A DNA stretch of 64,000 nt. Origin: an uncultured bacterium. Its GTDB lineage: Bacteria > Acidobacteriota > Thermoanaerobaculia > Multivoradales > JAHZIX01. Below, one piece after another: positions 29,908 through 42,644 of the stretch. Where the stretch lies: the NCBI GenBank assembly GCA_965368975.1, contig CBDUPA010000004.1, positions 192,001-256,000 on the forward strand, given 5' to 3'. The translations under genes were made by a program, and so were the position numbers. How positions within the stretch are numbered: position 1 is the stretch's first letter; each line of letters begins with the position of its first letter. The notes below the pieces were generated by a model. The model saw nothing but the letters and a program-made list of their open reading frames with translations, made no database searches and was not told the DNA's origin.

Positions 29908-30744
29908 ATGCCGGAACTACCCGAAGTCGAGACCGTGCGCCGCAGCCTGGAACCCCGCTTGTTGGGGGATCGCATCGAGCACGTGGAGGTGCGGTTTCCG
30001 ACGCTGCGCGAGCCTCTCGATGCTCACCGGCTGGACGCCGATGTGGCGGGCGGTGAGGTGGTCGCGCTCCGCCGGCGGGCCAAGTACTTGCTGATCGACT
30101 TTCACCACCCGGAGCGGGACGGCACGACGCTGGTGATCCACCTGGGAATGAGCGGCCGTCTGACGCTGGTGCCTGCAGAGGACGACCTCGAGCCCCACGA
30201 GCACGTTGCTTGGTACCTGGAGTCCGGCCGCCGCCTACGCCTGCGCGATCCGCGGCGTTTCGGCATGGCGTTCTCACTCCCTACCGAAGAGTTGGCAGCG
30301 GATCGGCACTTCGCACATCTGGGGGTCGAGCCGCTGGGGCCGGACTTCCACGGTGACCACTTGCGGACCGCGGCGCGCGGTCGTCGCGGACCGGTGAAGA
30401 CTTTCCTGATGGACGGTACGGTGGTGGTCGGGGTCGGCAACATCTATGCCGCAGAAGCGCTGTGGCGCGCGGGTGTGCACCCGAAGCGCTCGGTCGCCCG
30501 AGTCAGTGCCGACACCTGGGATCGGCTCGCCGACGCCTGCCGCGACGTGCTGGCGCAGGCGGTCGAGGAGGGCGGTACCACGCTCAACGACTTCACCGAC
30601 GCGGCGGGGCAGGCGGGTTACTTCCAGGTGTCGCTCGACGTCTACGGCCGCGCTGGCGAGCCGTGCAGCCGCTGCCGGCGCGCGGTGCGCCGCATCGTGC
30701 AGTCGAACCGCAGCACGTTCTACTGCCCGGGCTGTCAGCACTGA
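29908..30744 (+). CDS. mutM: Formamidopyrimidine-DNA glycosylase (Fpg)
   Basis: MPELPEVE N-terminus, RRAKYL, HLGMSG, DPRRFG, GVGNIYA, C-terminal zinc finger CSRC...CPGCQ. Confidence 0.97.
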   Translation: MPELPEVETVRRSLEPRLLGDRIEHVEVRFPTLREPLDAHRLDADVAGGEVVALRRRAKYLLIDFHHPERDGTTLVIHLGMSGRLTLVPAEDDLEPHEHVAWYLESGRRLRLRDPRRFGMAFSLPTEELAADRHFAHLGVEPLGPDFHGDHLRTAARGRRGPVKTFLMDGTVVVGVGNIYAAEALWRAGVHPKRSVARVSADTWDRLADACRDVLAQAVEEGGTTLNDFTDAAGQAGYFQVSLDVYGRAGEPCSRCRRAVRRIVQSNRSTFYCPGCQH

Positions 30745-30759
30745 ACTAGAATGGTGCTC

Positions 30760-31401
30760 ATGGCGAGTCAGACGCAGGCGAAGGTGATGCAGCCGGTCGT
30801 GCTGGGAGTGGCGGGCGGCACAGGGTCGGGCAAGACGACGGTGGCCAAGCACATCCTGCGCGAGGTGGGGCGCGAGGGCATCGCCTTCCTGCCACAAGAC
30901 CACTACTACCGTGACCACGAGTGGACGTCGGACGAGGAGATCCGGCGCTACAACTTCGATCATCCGGACGCGCTGGACCAGGCGTTGTTGGTACATCACG
31001 TGCGCGAGCTGAAGGCTGGTCGAGCGGTCGAGGTGCCGTCCTACGACTTCACGACGCACCGGCGTTTGCGTGAGGCCGACCGCGTGGAACCGAAGCCGGT
31101 CATCCTGGTCGAGGGCATCTTGCTGTTCGCCGACCCGGAGCTGCGCGAGTTGCTCGACTTCAAGATCTTCGTCGATGCCGACGCGGATCTGCGGCTGATC
31201 CGCCGCTTGCGGCGCGACATCCACAAGCGCGGACGCGCCGCGGACGATGTGTTGCGTCAGTACGAGACCACCGTGCGACCGATGCACTTGGAGTTCGTCG
31301 AGCCGTCGAAGCGCTGGGCGGACGTGATCATCCCGCAGGGCGGAAAGAACAAGGTAGCGATGGACATGGTGGTGGCTCGCGTCGAGCAGTTGCTCGTGTA
31401 G
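30760..31401 (+). CDS. udk: Uridine kinase
   Basis: GVAGGTGSGKTT, QDHYY, NFDHPDA, VEGIL, VRPMHLEFVEPSKRWADVIIP. Confidence 0.96.
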   Translation: MASQTQAKVMQPVVLGVAGGTGSGKTTVAKHILREVGREGIAFLPQDHYYRDHEWTSDEEIRRYNFDHPDALDQALLVHHVRELKAGRAVEVPSYDFTTHRRLREADRVEPKPVILVEGILLFADPELRELLDFKIFVDADADLRLIRRLRRDIHKRGRAADDVLRQYETTVRPMHLEFVEPSKRWADVIIPQGGKNKVAMDMVVARVEQLLV

Positions 31402-31426
31402 CCGAAAGGAGCAGTTGCTCGCGTAG
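31384..31426. repeat. Near-perfect 18-bp duplication of the udk 3' end
   Basis: GAGCAGTTGCTCGTGTAG (31384-31401) and GAGCAGTTGCTCGCGTAG (31409-31426), 17/18 identical. Confidence 0.85.
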
Positions 31427-31611
31427 ACCAAGGGAGCGCGCCTCAAAATGTAGCCGACCTTTGGATAACAAAGCTCCGAGTCGGCCGTATTCCTCCTTAA
31501 GGGAGCTGCAGCCACCCAGTTACTCACCGTAGCTGCATCTCCCGATCCCCGATCGACGAAAGCTGCAACGGGACGCTCCCGCGGATGCGCCCGAGAGGAA
31601 GGAAGGATCCC

Positions 31612-32861
31612 ATGTCTTCAAGGTCTATATTCATGCAAGGACGCCGACTCGGCCTTGTCACTCGCTTGCTCGCCCTTACTCTCTGCCTGCTGCTGGCAGG
31701 CACTCAGATCGGCTGCTCCTTCGATACCAGCGAAGCGCGAGAGGCAGACAAGAAGGGCGACGACAAGGAGCGCGGCGAGACCGTGGTGCCGGTCGAGGTC
31801 GCGCCGCTCGAGCAGGGCTCGATCGAGGCAGTACTGCGTTACTCGACGAACCTCGAAGCCGAGCAAGAAGTGCAGGTCTTCGCCGAAGCGTCCCGGCGCG
31901 TCGTCGAATTGTTGGTGGAAGAAGGCGCCGAGGTACGTCGCGGTGATCTGCTGCTACGTCTGCAGGACGACGAGCAGCGCGCCAACCTGGCCAAGGTGCA
32001 GGTCGAGCTGGAGAAGGTCGAGCGCGAGTACGAGCGGCAGAAGCGGCTGTTCGCGCAAGACCTGATCAGCGAAGAGGCGTTCAACAACGCCACCTACGAG
32101 ACCGAACAGCTGAAGCTTCGACTGGAGGATGCCGAGCGGCAGCTCAGCTATACCGAGGTACGGGCTCCGATCAGCGGCGTGGTCACGCAGCGCCTGGTGG
32201 ATCTCGGCGATACGGTGACGCTCAACCAGCGCCTGTTCGACATTTCCGACTTCGACTCGATCGTAGCGCGGGTCTTCGTGCCTGAGCGCGAGTTGGTGCG
32301 TCTGGCTGCCGGCCAGTCGGCGCGCGTCGAAGCTCCGGCGCTGGGCACCGATTTCAGCGGCCGTCTGCTGCGCATCGCGCCGACGGTCGACCCGCAGAGC
32401 GGCACTGTCAAGGTGACCGTGGCGATTCCGCGCAGTGGCAACAGCCGTTTGCGCCCGGGCTTGTACGTCGACGTGACGCTGGTCACGCAGACCTTCGAGG
32501 ATACGTTGCTGGTGCCCAAGCGGGCGCTGGTCTACGAGAGCGATCAGATCTTCGTCTTCCGCCTGCAGGACGGGCAACACGTCGAGCGCGTGCGCTTGGT
32601 GCCGGAGCTGGAGGACAAGTTCTCGGTCAAGCCGGCCGGGGACGCCCTCCAGGCTGGGGACCGTCTGGTAATCGCCGGACAAGCCGGTCTCAAGGACGGT
32701 GCGCAGGTGCGCGTGGTCGGTGATCTGGAGCGCGCGGGCGAGGTGGTGGCGGATGCGATGTCCGACGATGGTGTCGACACAGGTTCCACCAATGAGGACA
32801 CGAGTGCCGAGACTGCTACCACGGAAGAACGCACCAGTGAAGACATGAGCGCGGAGGCGCC

Positions 32862-32865
<4 letters not shown>
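31612..32865 (+). CDS. RND efflux periplasmic adaptor (MFP), probable lipoprotein
   Basis: Lipobox-like TQIGC, VEEGAEVRRGDLLLRL, alpha-hairpin, VRAPISGVV, VDPQSGTVKV, LRPGLY. Confidence 0.9.
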
Positions 32866-36548
<3,683 letters not shown>

Positions 36549-36577
36549 ATCAGCCCTCGGCTGGAGAGGTAAGGACC

Positions 36578-39500
36578 ATGAGCCCGACCCGCTTGCCGGA
36601 AGATCCTGCGCGAGACCCAGCGCCCGAGACACCCGATATGCCCGAAGGTGCCTCTAGCGTGCCGCCGGAGGAGTTCGCCGCGACGACGCGTACAGGCCGC
36701 CGCGAGGAGATGCTGTCGCGCTTCTCGCTCGGCCGCCCGGTAACCGTCCTGGTGCTGCTCGCCACCATGCTGGTGGTCGGGCTGGTGGCGGCCATCGGCA
36801 TTCCGCTCGAGACCTTCCCGCAGGGGTTCTCGCGGCCGTTCCTGTCCGTCTCCGTACCCTGGCAGGACGCGCCGCCGCAGGAAGTGGTGGACAAGATCCT
36901 GCTGCCGCTGGAGGGCGAGTTGAGCACGGTGCGCGGCATCGAGCGGATCACCAGTCGCGCGACCACCGGCCGCGCTCGCGTTTTTCTCAGCTTCAAGGGC
37001 GGTACGGACATGAACGTTGCCTACCGCGAGGTGCGCGACCGTCTGCAACGCGCTCGCCCGCAGCTGCCGAACGACGCCGATCGGCTATTCATCTTCAAAG
37101 AAGACGTCTCGGGTATTCCAGTGGTGATGGTCGGTCTGGCGGTCGATCCGGATCTGGTGGATGCCTACAGTCTGATCCAGAACGAGATCGTGATGCCGTT
37201 GCAGCGCATCGACGGTGTCGCCACGGTCAGCAGCCAGGGGTTGCAGCAGAAGGAGATCCTGATCGAGCTCGACCGTCGGCGTACCGAGGCGGCGGGCCTC
37301 AACATCTACCAGCTGGCGCAGGAACTGGGGGGGGACAACTTCTCGATGGCCAGCGGGCACGTTTTTTCCGGTGGGGACAAGCTACTGCTGCGCTCGGTGG
37401 CGCGTTACGACAGCATCGAGGCGTTGGAGAATCGTCTGCTGTCGACCTCCGTGCGCCTGGGCGACATTGCGACCGTCCGTTACGAGGAGCCGGAGAAAGA
37501 GTGGGCGGCGCGCCTCAACGGCCGTCCGGCGATCGCGCTCCAGGTGCTCAAGGAAGGGCAGGCCAACACCGTCGAGGTGAGCCGCCAAGTGGTCGAAGCG
37601 GTCGAGCGCATGCAGGAAAACCCGCGCCTGGCCAATATCGAGATCTCTCCTTTCTTCGTCCAGGGCGACCTCATCCTGGGCGCGCTCGAGACCCTGCTCG
37701 ACAGCGGCCGCCTGGGTGCTTTCTTCGCGATCCTGGTGCTCTTCTTCTTCCTGCGCCGCTTCCGCATGACGCTGATCATCACGCTGTCGATCCCGCTGTC
37801 GATGCTGATCGCCCTCACCGTCATGTACTTTGCCGGCGAGACGCTCAACATCTTGTCGTTGCTCGCCTTGATGATCTGTGTCGGTTTGCTGGTCGACAAC
37901 TCGGTGGTGGTGGCGGAGAACATTTACCGGCTGCACGGCAAAGGCCTGAGCGCCCGCGATGCCTGTATCCGCGGTGCCGGTGAGATCGCGCTGGCCATCA
38001 CCATGGCGACGCTGACCACTATCGCCGTCTTCCTGCCGGTGTCCCTGGTCGAGGGGGACGTGCAGTTCTTCCTGTTGCGGCTGTCGGTGCCGATCTCGGT
38101 GTCGCTGGCCGGCTCGCTGGTTGTGGCGCTGGTGTTCATTCCGCTCAGCGTCTACATGACTTTGCCGCATGCGGGTGCAGGTCGACGCGGTCGTGCCAGA
38201 GTCGGGGGACCCAGCGCGCGGCAGGTCGTCATTCGCCGCCTCCACCAGCGTCTCAACAGTGGCCTGACTCGTCTCTACGATGCCATCATGCAGCCGCTCA
38301 GCCGTCTCAGTCGCACTCTGCTGGAGCGTTCGCTGCGACGCCGCTTCGAGCTGATTGTGATCACGGCTCTCGTGTGCGCCGGCACCTTCCAGCTGGCTTT
38401 CGAAGGCACGGAATTCGCCTTCCAGCAGGAGGACGAGCGCGGCGGCTTCGAGGTCGACGTAGAACTGGCGCGTTCGAGCACGCTGGAAGATGCACAGGCG
38501 TATTTCCAGGCAGCCGAGACGGTGTTGGAGGCGCACAAGGACGAGTGGGACCTGCAGGGATATTTCATCTTCCATCGCCCGACCTGGGGCAGTATCGAGG
38601 GCTGGTTCAACTCACCCCGTACGAACGACCTGACCGCGCGTGAGGTCACGGAGGCGGTGGTCGCGGCCTTGCCCGAGCGCGGCGGCATCACGCTCTACAC
38701 CGGCGAGGAGAGCCAGGTGGGCGACTGTGATTCGGACGGCCTGCACTGCCTGGTGCTCTACGGCGACGATCCTGGGCAGTTGGAAGAACTCGCCGACGAC
38801 CTCGAAGGCGTCTTCCGCGAGGTGCCCGGCGTCGTCGGCATTCAGCGCAACAGCGAACAGACCCCAAGCGAGCTGGCCTTGGTCATCGATCGCGATCGAG
38901 CGCAACGTCAGGCGGTCAATCCGCAGGCGGTGGCCGGCGTTGTCGGCTATGCCTTGCGAGGCCAGGCCCTGCCCAAGTTCTACCGCGACGGAGAGGAGAT
39001 CCCGGTGCGGGTGCGCTACCGCGAAGAGGATCGCGAGAGCCTGAGCGAGTTGCGCGACTTCGAGGTGCTCGCCGACACTGGTGAGGCGATCTCGCTCGAC
39101 ACCATCACCGACGTCGAGCTGTTCAGTTCACCGCAGGCCATCACGCGCCGCAACAAGCAGGTCGCCCGCACCATGGTGCTGGAATTGGCCGAGGGCGAGG
39201 AAAAAGAGACGCGGCGCCAGATCCGTGACCTCAGCCGCCGTCTAGACCTGCCGGAAGGTGTCACGTTCGGGAGTCCCATTCGCCGCGGCCGGGACGAGGG
39301 CGGCGAAGCCATGGGTATGGCGATGCTACTCTCCATCGTCTTCATCTACCTGCTGATGGCTTTCCTCTTCGAGAGTTTCATCCTGCCGCTGTCGATCTTG
39401 TCCACCATTCCGTTGGCCGGTATCGGTGTTGGTTGGGCGCACTACGTCGCGGGGATGAATCTCGACTTCCTGGGCATCATTGGTGCCATCGTGCTCACTG

Positions 39501-39889
39501 GAGTGGTGGTCAACAATGGCATCGTCCTGATCGACTATGTGCACCGTTTGCGCAATGAAGGTCTGGGCCGCAACCAGGCCCTGCTCACCGCTACCGAACG
39601 CCGTTTCCGCCCCATCCTGATGACCGCCTTGACGACGATCTGTGGTGCCATGCCGCTGATCTTCGGTGGCAAGACCGAGATGGGCCTCAGCTACACCAGC
39701 TTCGGTTTGACGCTGGTCGGCGGCATGACCACGGCGACGCTGCTGACCCTGCTCGTCGTGCCGGTCTTCTACACGCTGTTCGACGACGCGCGCGAGATCG
39801 TCGGCTCGGCGGTGATCAGCGTGCTGCGCCGCGGCCGTCGCCGGGACGAGAAGGTCGAGGATGCGTCGGTCTCGACCGCCGGGGGTTGA
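36578..39889 (+). CDS. RND efflux permease subunit 2
   Basis: RPVTVLV, GLLVDNSVVVAENI, LFESFILP, VVNNGIVLID, RFRPILMT; SD GAGG/AAGGA. Confidence 0.93.
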   Translation: MSPTRLPEDPARDPAPETPDMPEGASSVPPEEFAATTRTGRREEMLSRFSLGRPVTVLVLLATMLVVGLVAAIGIPLETFPQGFSRPFLSVSVPWQDAPPQEVVDKILLPLEGELSTVRGIERITSRATTGRARVFLSFKGGTDMNVAYREVRDRLQRARPQLPNDADRLFIFKEDVSGIPVVMVGLAVDPDLVDAYSLIQNEIVMPLQRIDGVATVSSQGLQQKEILIELDRRRTEAAGLNIYQLAQELGGDNFSMASGHVFSGGDKLLLRSVARYDSIEALENRLLSTSVRLGDIATVRYEEPEKEWAARLNGRPAIALQVLKEGQANTVEVSRQVVEAVERMQENPRLANIEISPFFVQGDLILGALETLLDSGRLGAFFAILVLFFFLRRFRMTLIITLSIPLSMLIALTVMYFAGETLNILSLLALMICVGLLVDNSVVVAENIYRLHGKGLSARDACIRGAGEIALAITMATLTTIAVFLPVSLVEGDVQFFLLRLSVPISVSLAGSLVVALVFIPLSVYMTLPHAGAGRRGRARVGGPSARQVVIRRLHQRLNSGLTRLYDAIMQPLSRLSRTLLERSLRRRFELIVITALVCAGTFQLAFEGTEFAFQQEDERGGFEVDVELARSSTLEDAQAYFQAAETVLEAHKDEWDLQGYFIFHRPTWGSIEGWFNSPRTNDLTAREVTEAVVAALPERGGITLYTGEESQVGDCDSDGLHCLVLYGDDPGQLEELADDLEGVFREVPGVVGIQRNSEQTPSELALVIDRDRAQRQAVNPQAVAGVVGYALRGQALPKFYRDGEEIPVRVRYREEDRESLSELRDFEVLADTGEAISLDTITDVELFSSPQAITRRNKQVARTMVLELAEGEEKETRRQIRDLSRRLDLPEGVTFGSPIRRGRDEGGEAMGMAMLLSIVFIYLLMAFLFESFILPLSILSTIPLAGIGVGWAHYVAGMNLDFLGIIGAIVLTGVVVNNGIVLIDYVHRLRNEGLGRNQALLTATERRFRPILMTALTTICGAMPLIFGGKTEMGLSYTSFGLTLVGGMTTATLLTLLVVPVFYTLFDDAREIVGSAVISVLRRGRRRDEKVEDASVSTAGG

Positions 39890-39927
39890 GGGCGCCCGCG
39901 GTCCCTGAACTGGTAGACTCCGGCACT

Positions 39928-40806
39928 ATGTTCGAGCGTCAAAAAAGTGGTTCCGTCGTCTGTCCGTCGTGCGGCAAGCTGGTCGGTGTTGAGCAGGAAA
40001 AGTGCCCGTACTGCGGCCGCCCCTTCCCGGGCATGCTCGGCTTCACCAAGATGTTCCGCAATCTAGGTGAAGACATGGGCTTCGTGCCGATGATCATGTG
40101 GGGCTGCGCCATCCTGTACCTGCTGACCCTGATCGTCCAGCCGGACGGGATCTTCTCCGGTGGCCTACTCAACATGCTCTCACCGAGCGGCGAAGCGCTC
40201 TACGTCTTTGGCTCCAGCGGTGCTCTGCCGGTCTTCACTTTCGGGCGCTGGTGGACCCTGCTCAGTGCCGCTTGGCTCCATGGCAGCGTGTTGCACATCG
40301 TATTCAATATGATGTGGGTGCGCGATATGGGGCGTACCGTCGCCGAGACCTACGGCCCCGGCCGGATGATGTTGATCTACACCATCTCGGCGGTCAGCGG
40401 CACGCTGCTCAGCTCCAGCGTCGCGCAGTTCCTGCCCTGGCTGCCCGGCCCGCTCGGCGGCGCACAAATCACCGTCGGTGCCTCGGGCGCCCTCTTTGGT
40501 CTTTTCGGCGCCCTCTATTACTACGGCAACCGCACCGGTAGCTCGCAGCTCAACCAGCAGATCAAGAACTTCCTGATCATCATGGTGATCTTCGGCTTCC
40601 TGTGGCCGCGCGTTGACAACTGGGGTCACCTCGGCGGCTTCCTGGGCGGCTACTTGGTGTCGCGCTTCTGGCTCGATCCGCTCAAGCCCGAACGGATCGA
40701 CCACATCATCGGTGCTTTCGTCTGCATCTTCCTTTCTGTCGCCGCCATCATCGCGTCGGTGGTCCATGGTTTGTCGCAGCTGCGGGCGTGGGGAATCTTG
40801 CAGTAA
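39928..40806 (+). CDS. Rhomboid intramembrane serine protease with N-terminal zinc ribbon
   Basis: CPSC...CPYC; WWTLLSAAWLHGSVLHIVFNM; catalytic GASG and HLGG. Confidence 0.92.
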   Translation: MFERQKSGSVVCPSCGKLVGVEQEKCPYCGRPFPGMLGFTKMFRNLGEDMGFVPMIMWGCAILYLLTLIVQPDGIFSGGLLNMLSPSGEALYVFGSSGALPVFTFGRWWTLLSAAWLHGSVLHIVFNMMWVRDMGRTVAETYGPGRMMLIYTISAVSGTLLSSSVAQFLPWLPGPLGGAQITVGASGALFGLFGALYYYGNRTGSSQLNQQIKNFLIIMVIFGFLWPRVDNWGHLGGFLGGYLVSRFWLDPLKPERIDHIIGAFVCIFLSVAAIIASVVHGLSQLRAWGILQ

Positions 40807-40937
40807 CTCCTCCCCCCATTTCCCTAGGCGATCGATCTGGGCCTCTGCTTCATGAGCGACGCTGACCTGTTGGTAGCGACGTGAACCCGGGGTTCAACCC
40901 TGCTGAGCCAGCAGATTTCGGTGCTACCATCTCGCCT

Positions 40938-42617
40938 ATGCCTGCCAACTCGACGCCTGCGAATCGCAGTTCTGCGAAGCCTGTCATCCTGACCGTTGAC
41001 GACGATCCGCAGGTGCTGCGGTCGGTGGTGCGGGACCTGCGCAACAAATACGGTGGCGACTACCGGATCTTGCGCGCGGACTCTGGTAGCGCGGCACTGG
41101 AGGCGTTGACCGAACTCAAGCAGCGCGGCGACGCGGTCGCGTTGTTGTTGTCGGACCAGCGCATGCCGCAGCTCGACGGGGTGGGGTTCTTGACCCAGGC
41201 GAAAGAGCTTTTTCCCGAGTCCAAGCGCGCCCTGCTGACGGCCTACGCCGACACCGATGCGGCGATCGCGGCGATCAATCAGTCGCAGGTGGACTACTAC
41301 CTGCTCAAGCCTTGGGATCCGCCGAACGAAAAGCTGTACCCGGTCCTCGACGATCTGCTCGACGACTGGCGCGCAGGTTTCCGGCCTCTGCCGCCGGGGC
41401 TGCGGGTGATCGGGGACCGTTGGTCACCGAAGGCACATCAGCTCAAGGACTTTCTCGCCCGCAACCATGTGCCGTACCGGTTTCTCGACGTCGAGACCTC
41501 GGAAGAAGCGCAGGGGTGCCTGGCGGGAGAGGATGGAACGTTACCGTTGGTCATGCTGGAGGACGGTCGGCGCCTGTGGGCACCGGAGCCACGCGAGCTG
41601 GCGGAGGCCATCGGTATCCAGACTCGGGCGCAGCAGCCGTTCTACGACCTGGCGATCATTGGTGGTGGTCCGGCGGGGTTGGCGTCGGCAGTGTATGGCG
41701 GTTCCGAGGGCCTGCGCACGGTGCTGGTGGAGCGGGAAGCGCCGGGCGGGCAGGCCGGGACGTCGAGCCGGATCGAGAACTACCTCGGCTTTCCGGCAGG
41801 GCTGTCCGGTGCCGACCTGGCGCGCCGGGCCGTGACGCAGGCGCGCAAGTTCGAGGTCGAACTGCTAACACCGCTGCAGGTCGAAGCGCTGCGCGTCGAG
41901 GGGCCTTACAAGCACCTGAAGCTGAGCGATGGCAGCCGGCTGACTTGCCACGCGCTGATGCTCAGTATGGGCGTGTCGTGGCGACTGCTGCCGGCGCCGG
42001 GGGCCGAGCCGCTGGCCGGTCGGGGGGTCTACTATGGTGCTGCACTCACCGAGGCGATGAATTGCAAGGACGAGGTGGTCTACACCGTGGGTGCGGGCAA
42101 CTCGGCGGGGCAGGCGGCGCTGCACTTCGCGCAGTACGCTTGCAAGGTGGTGATGCTGGTGCGCGGCGCTTCGTTGGCGGCCAAGATGTCGCAGTACCTC
42201 GTGGACCGTATCGAGGCGGCTGAGAACATCGAGGTGCGCCTGCACACCGAGGTGCGCGCCTGTGCCGGCAAGGAGCACCTGACCGGCCTGACGCTCTACC
42301 ACCACGCCGAGGATGCTACCGAGGATGTTGACGCCCGCTACTTGTTCGTGTTCATCGGCGCTGCTCCGCGTACCGACTGGCTGCACGGGCAGGTCGCGCT
42401 CGATGAGCGTGGCTTCGTGCTCACCGGATCGGACCTGCGGGAAGAGCACCTGCGCGCCTGGGCGCTGGAGCGCGAGCCCTACCTGCTCGAAACTTCGGTG
42501 CCGGGCATCTTTGCGGCCGGTGACGTGCGCCACGAGAGCATCAAGCGTGTCGCGTCGGCGGTGGGCGAGGGATCGGTGTCAGTAGCCTTCATCCATCGCT
42601 ATCTCGCGACCCTCTGA
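40938..42617 (+). CDS. Response-regulator receiver + glutaredoxin-like + TrxB-like FAD/NAD(P)H oxidoreductase fusion
   Basis: REC: VDDD, LSDQRMP, LTAYAD, LLKPWD. FAD motif IIGGGPAG, nucleotide motif GAGNSAGQAA, C-terminal GIFAAGDVR. The CxxC position reads GVYYGAALTE. Confidence 0.92.
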   Translation: MPANSTPANRSSAKPVILTVDDDPQVLRSVVRDLRNKYGGDYRILRADSGSAALEALTELKQRGDAVALLLSDQRMPQLDGVGFLTQAKELFPESKRALLTAYADTDAAIAAINQSQVDYYLLKPWDPPNEKLYPVLDDLLDDWRAGFRPLPPGLRVIGDRWSPKAHQLKDFLARNHVPYRFLDVETSEEAQGCLAGEDGTLPLVMLEDGRRLWAPEPRELAEAIGIQTRAQQPFYDLAIIGGGPAGLASAVYGGSEGLRTVLVEREAPGGQAGTSSRIENYLGFPAGLSGADLARRAVTQARKFEVELLTPLQVEALRVEGPYKHLKLSDGSRLTCHALMLSMGVSWRLLPAPGAEPLAGRGVYYGAALTEAMNCKDEVVYTVGAGNSAGQAALHFAQYACKVVMLVRGASLAAKMSQYLVDRIEAAENIEVRLHTEVRACAGKEHLTGLTLYHHAEDATEDVDARYLFVFIGAAPRTDWLHGQVALDERGFVLTGSDLREEHLRAWALEREPYLLETSVPGIFAAGDVRHESIKRVASAVGEGSVSVAFIHRYLATL

Positions 42618-42644
42618 GTTGGCACAGGCCCTGAAAGGCGTAGC

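Noticed and set aside
40938-42617. Assigning the gene symbol trxB
   Set aside because: The redox-active CxxC is absent and a receiver domain is fused, so canonical thioredoxin reductase function is unsupported.
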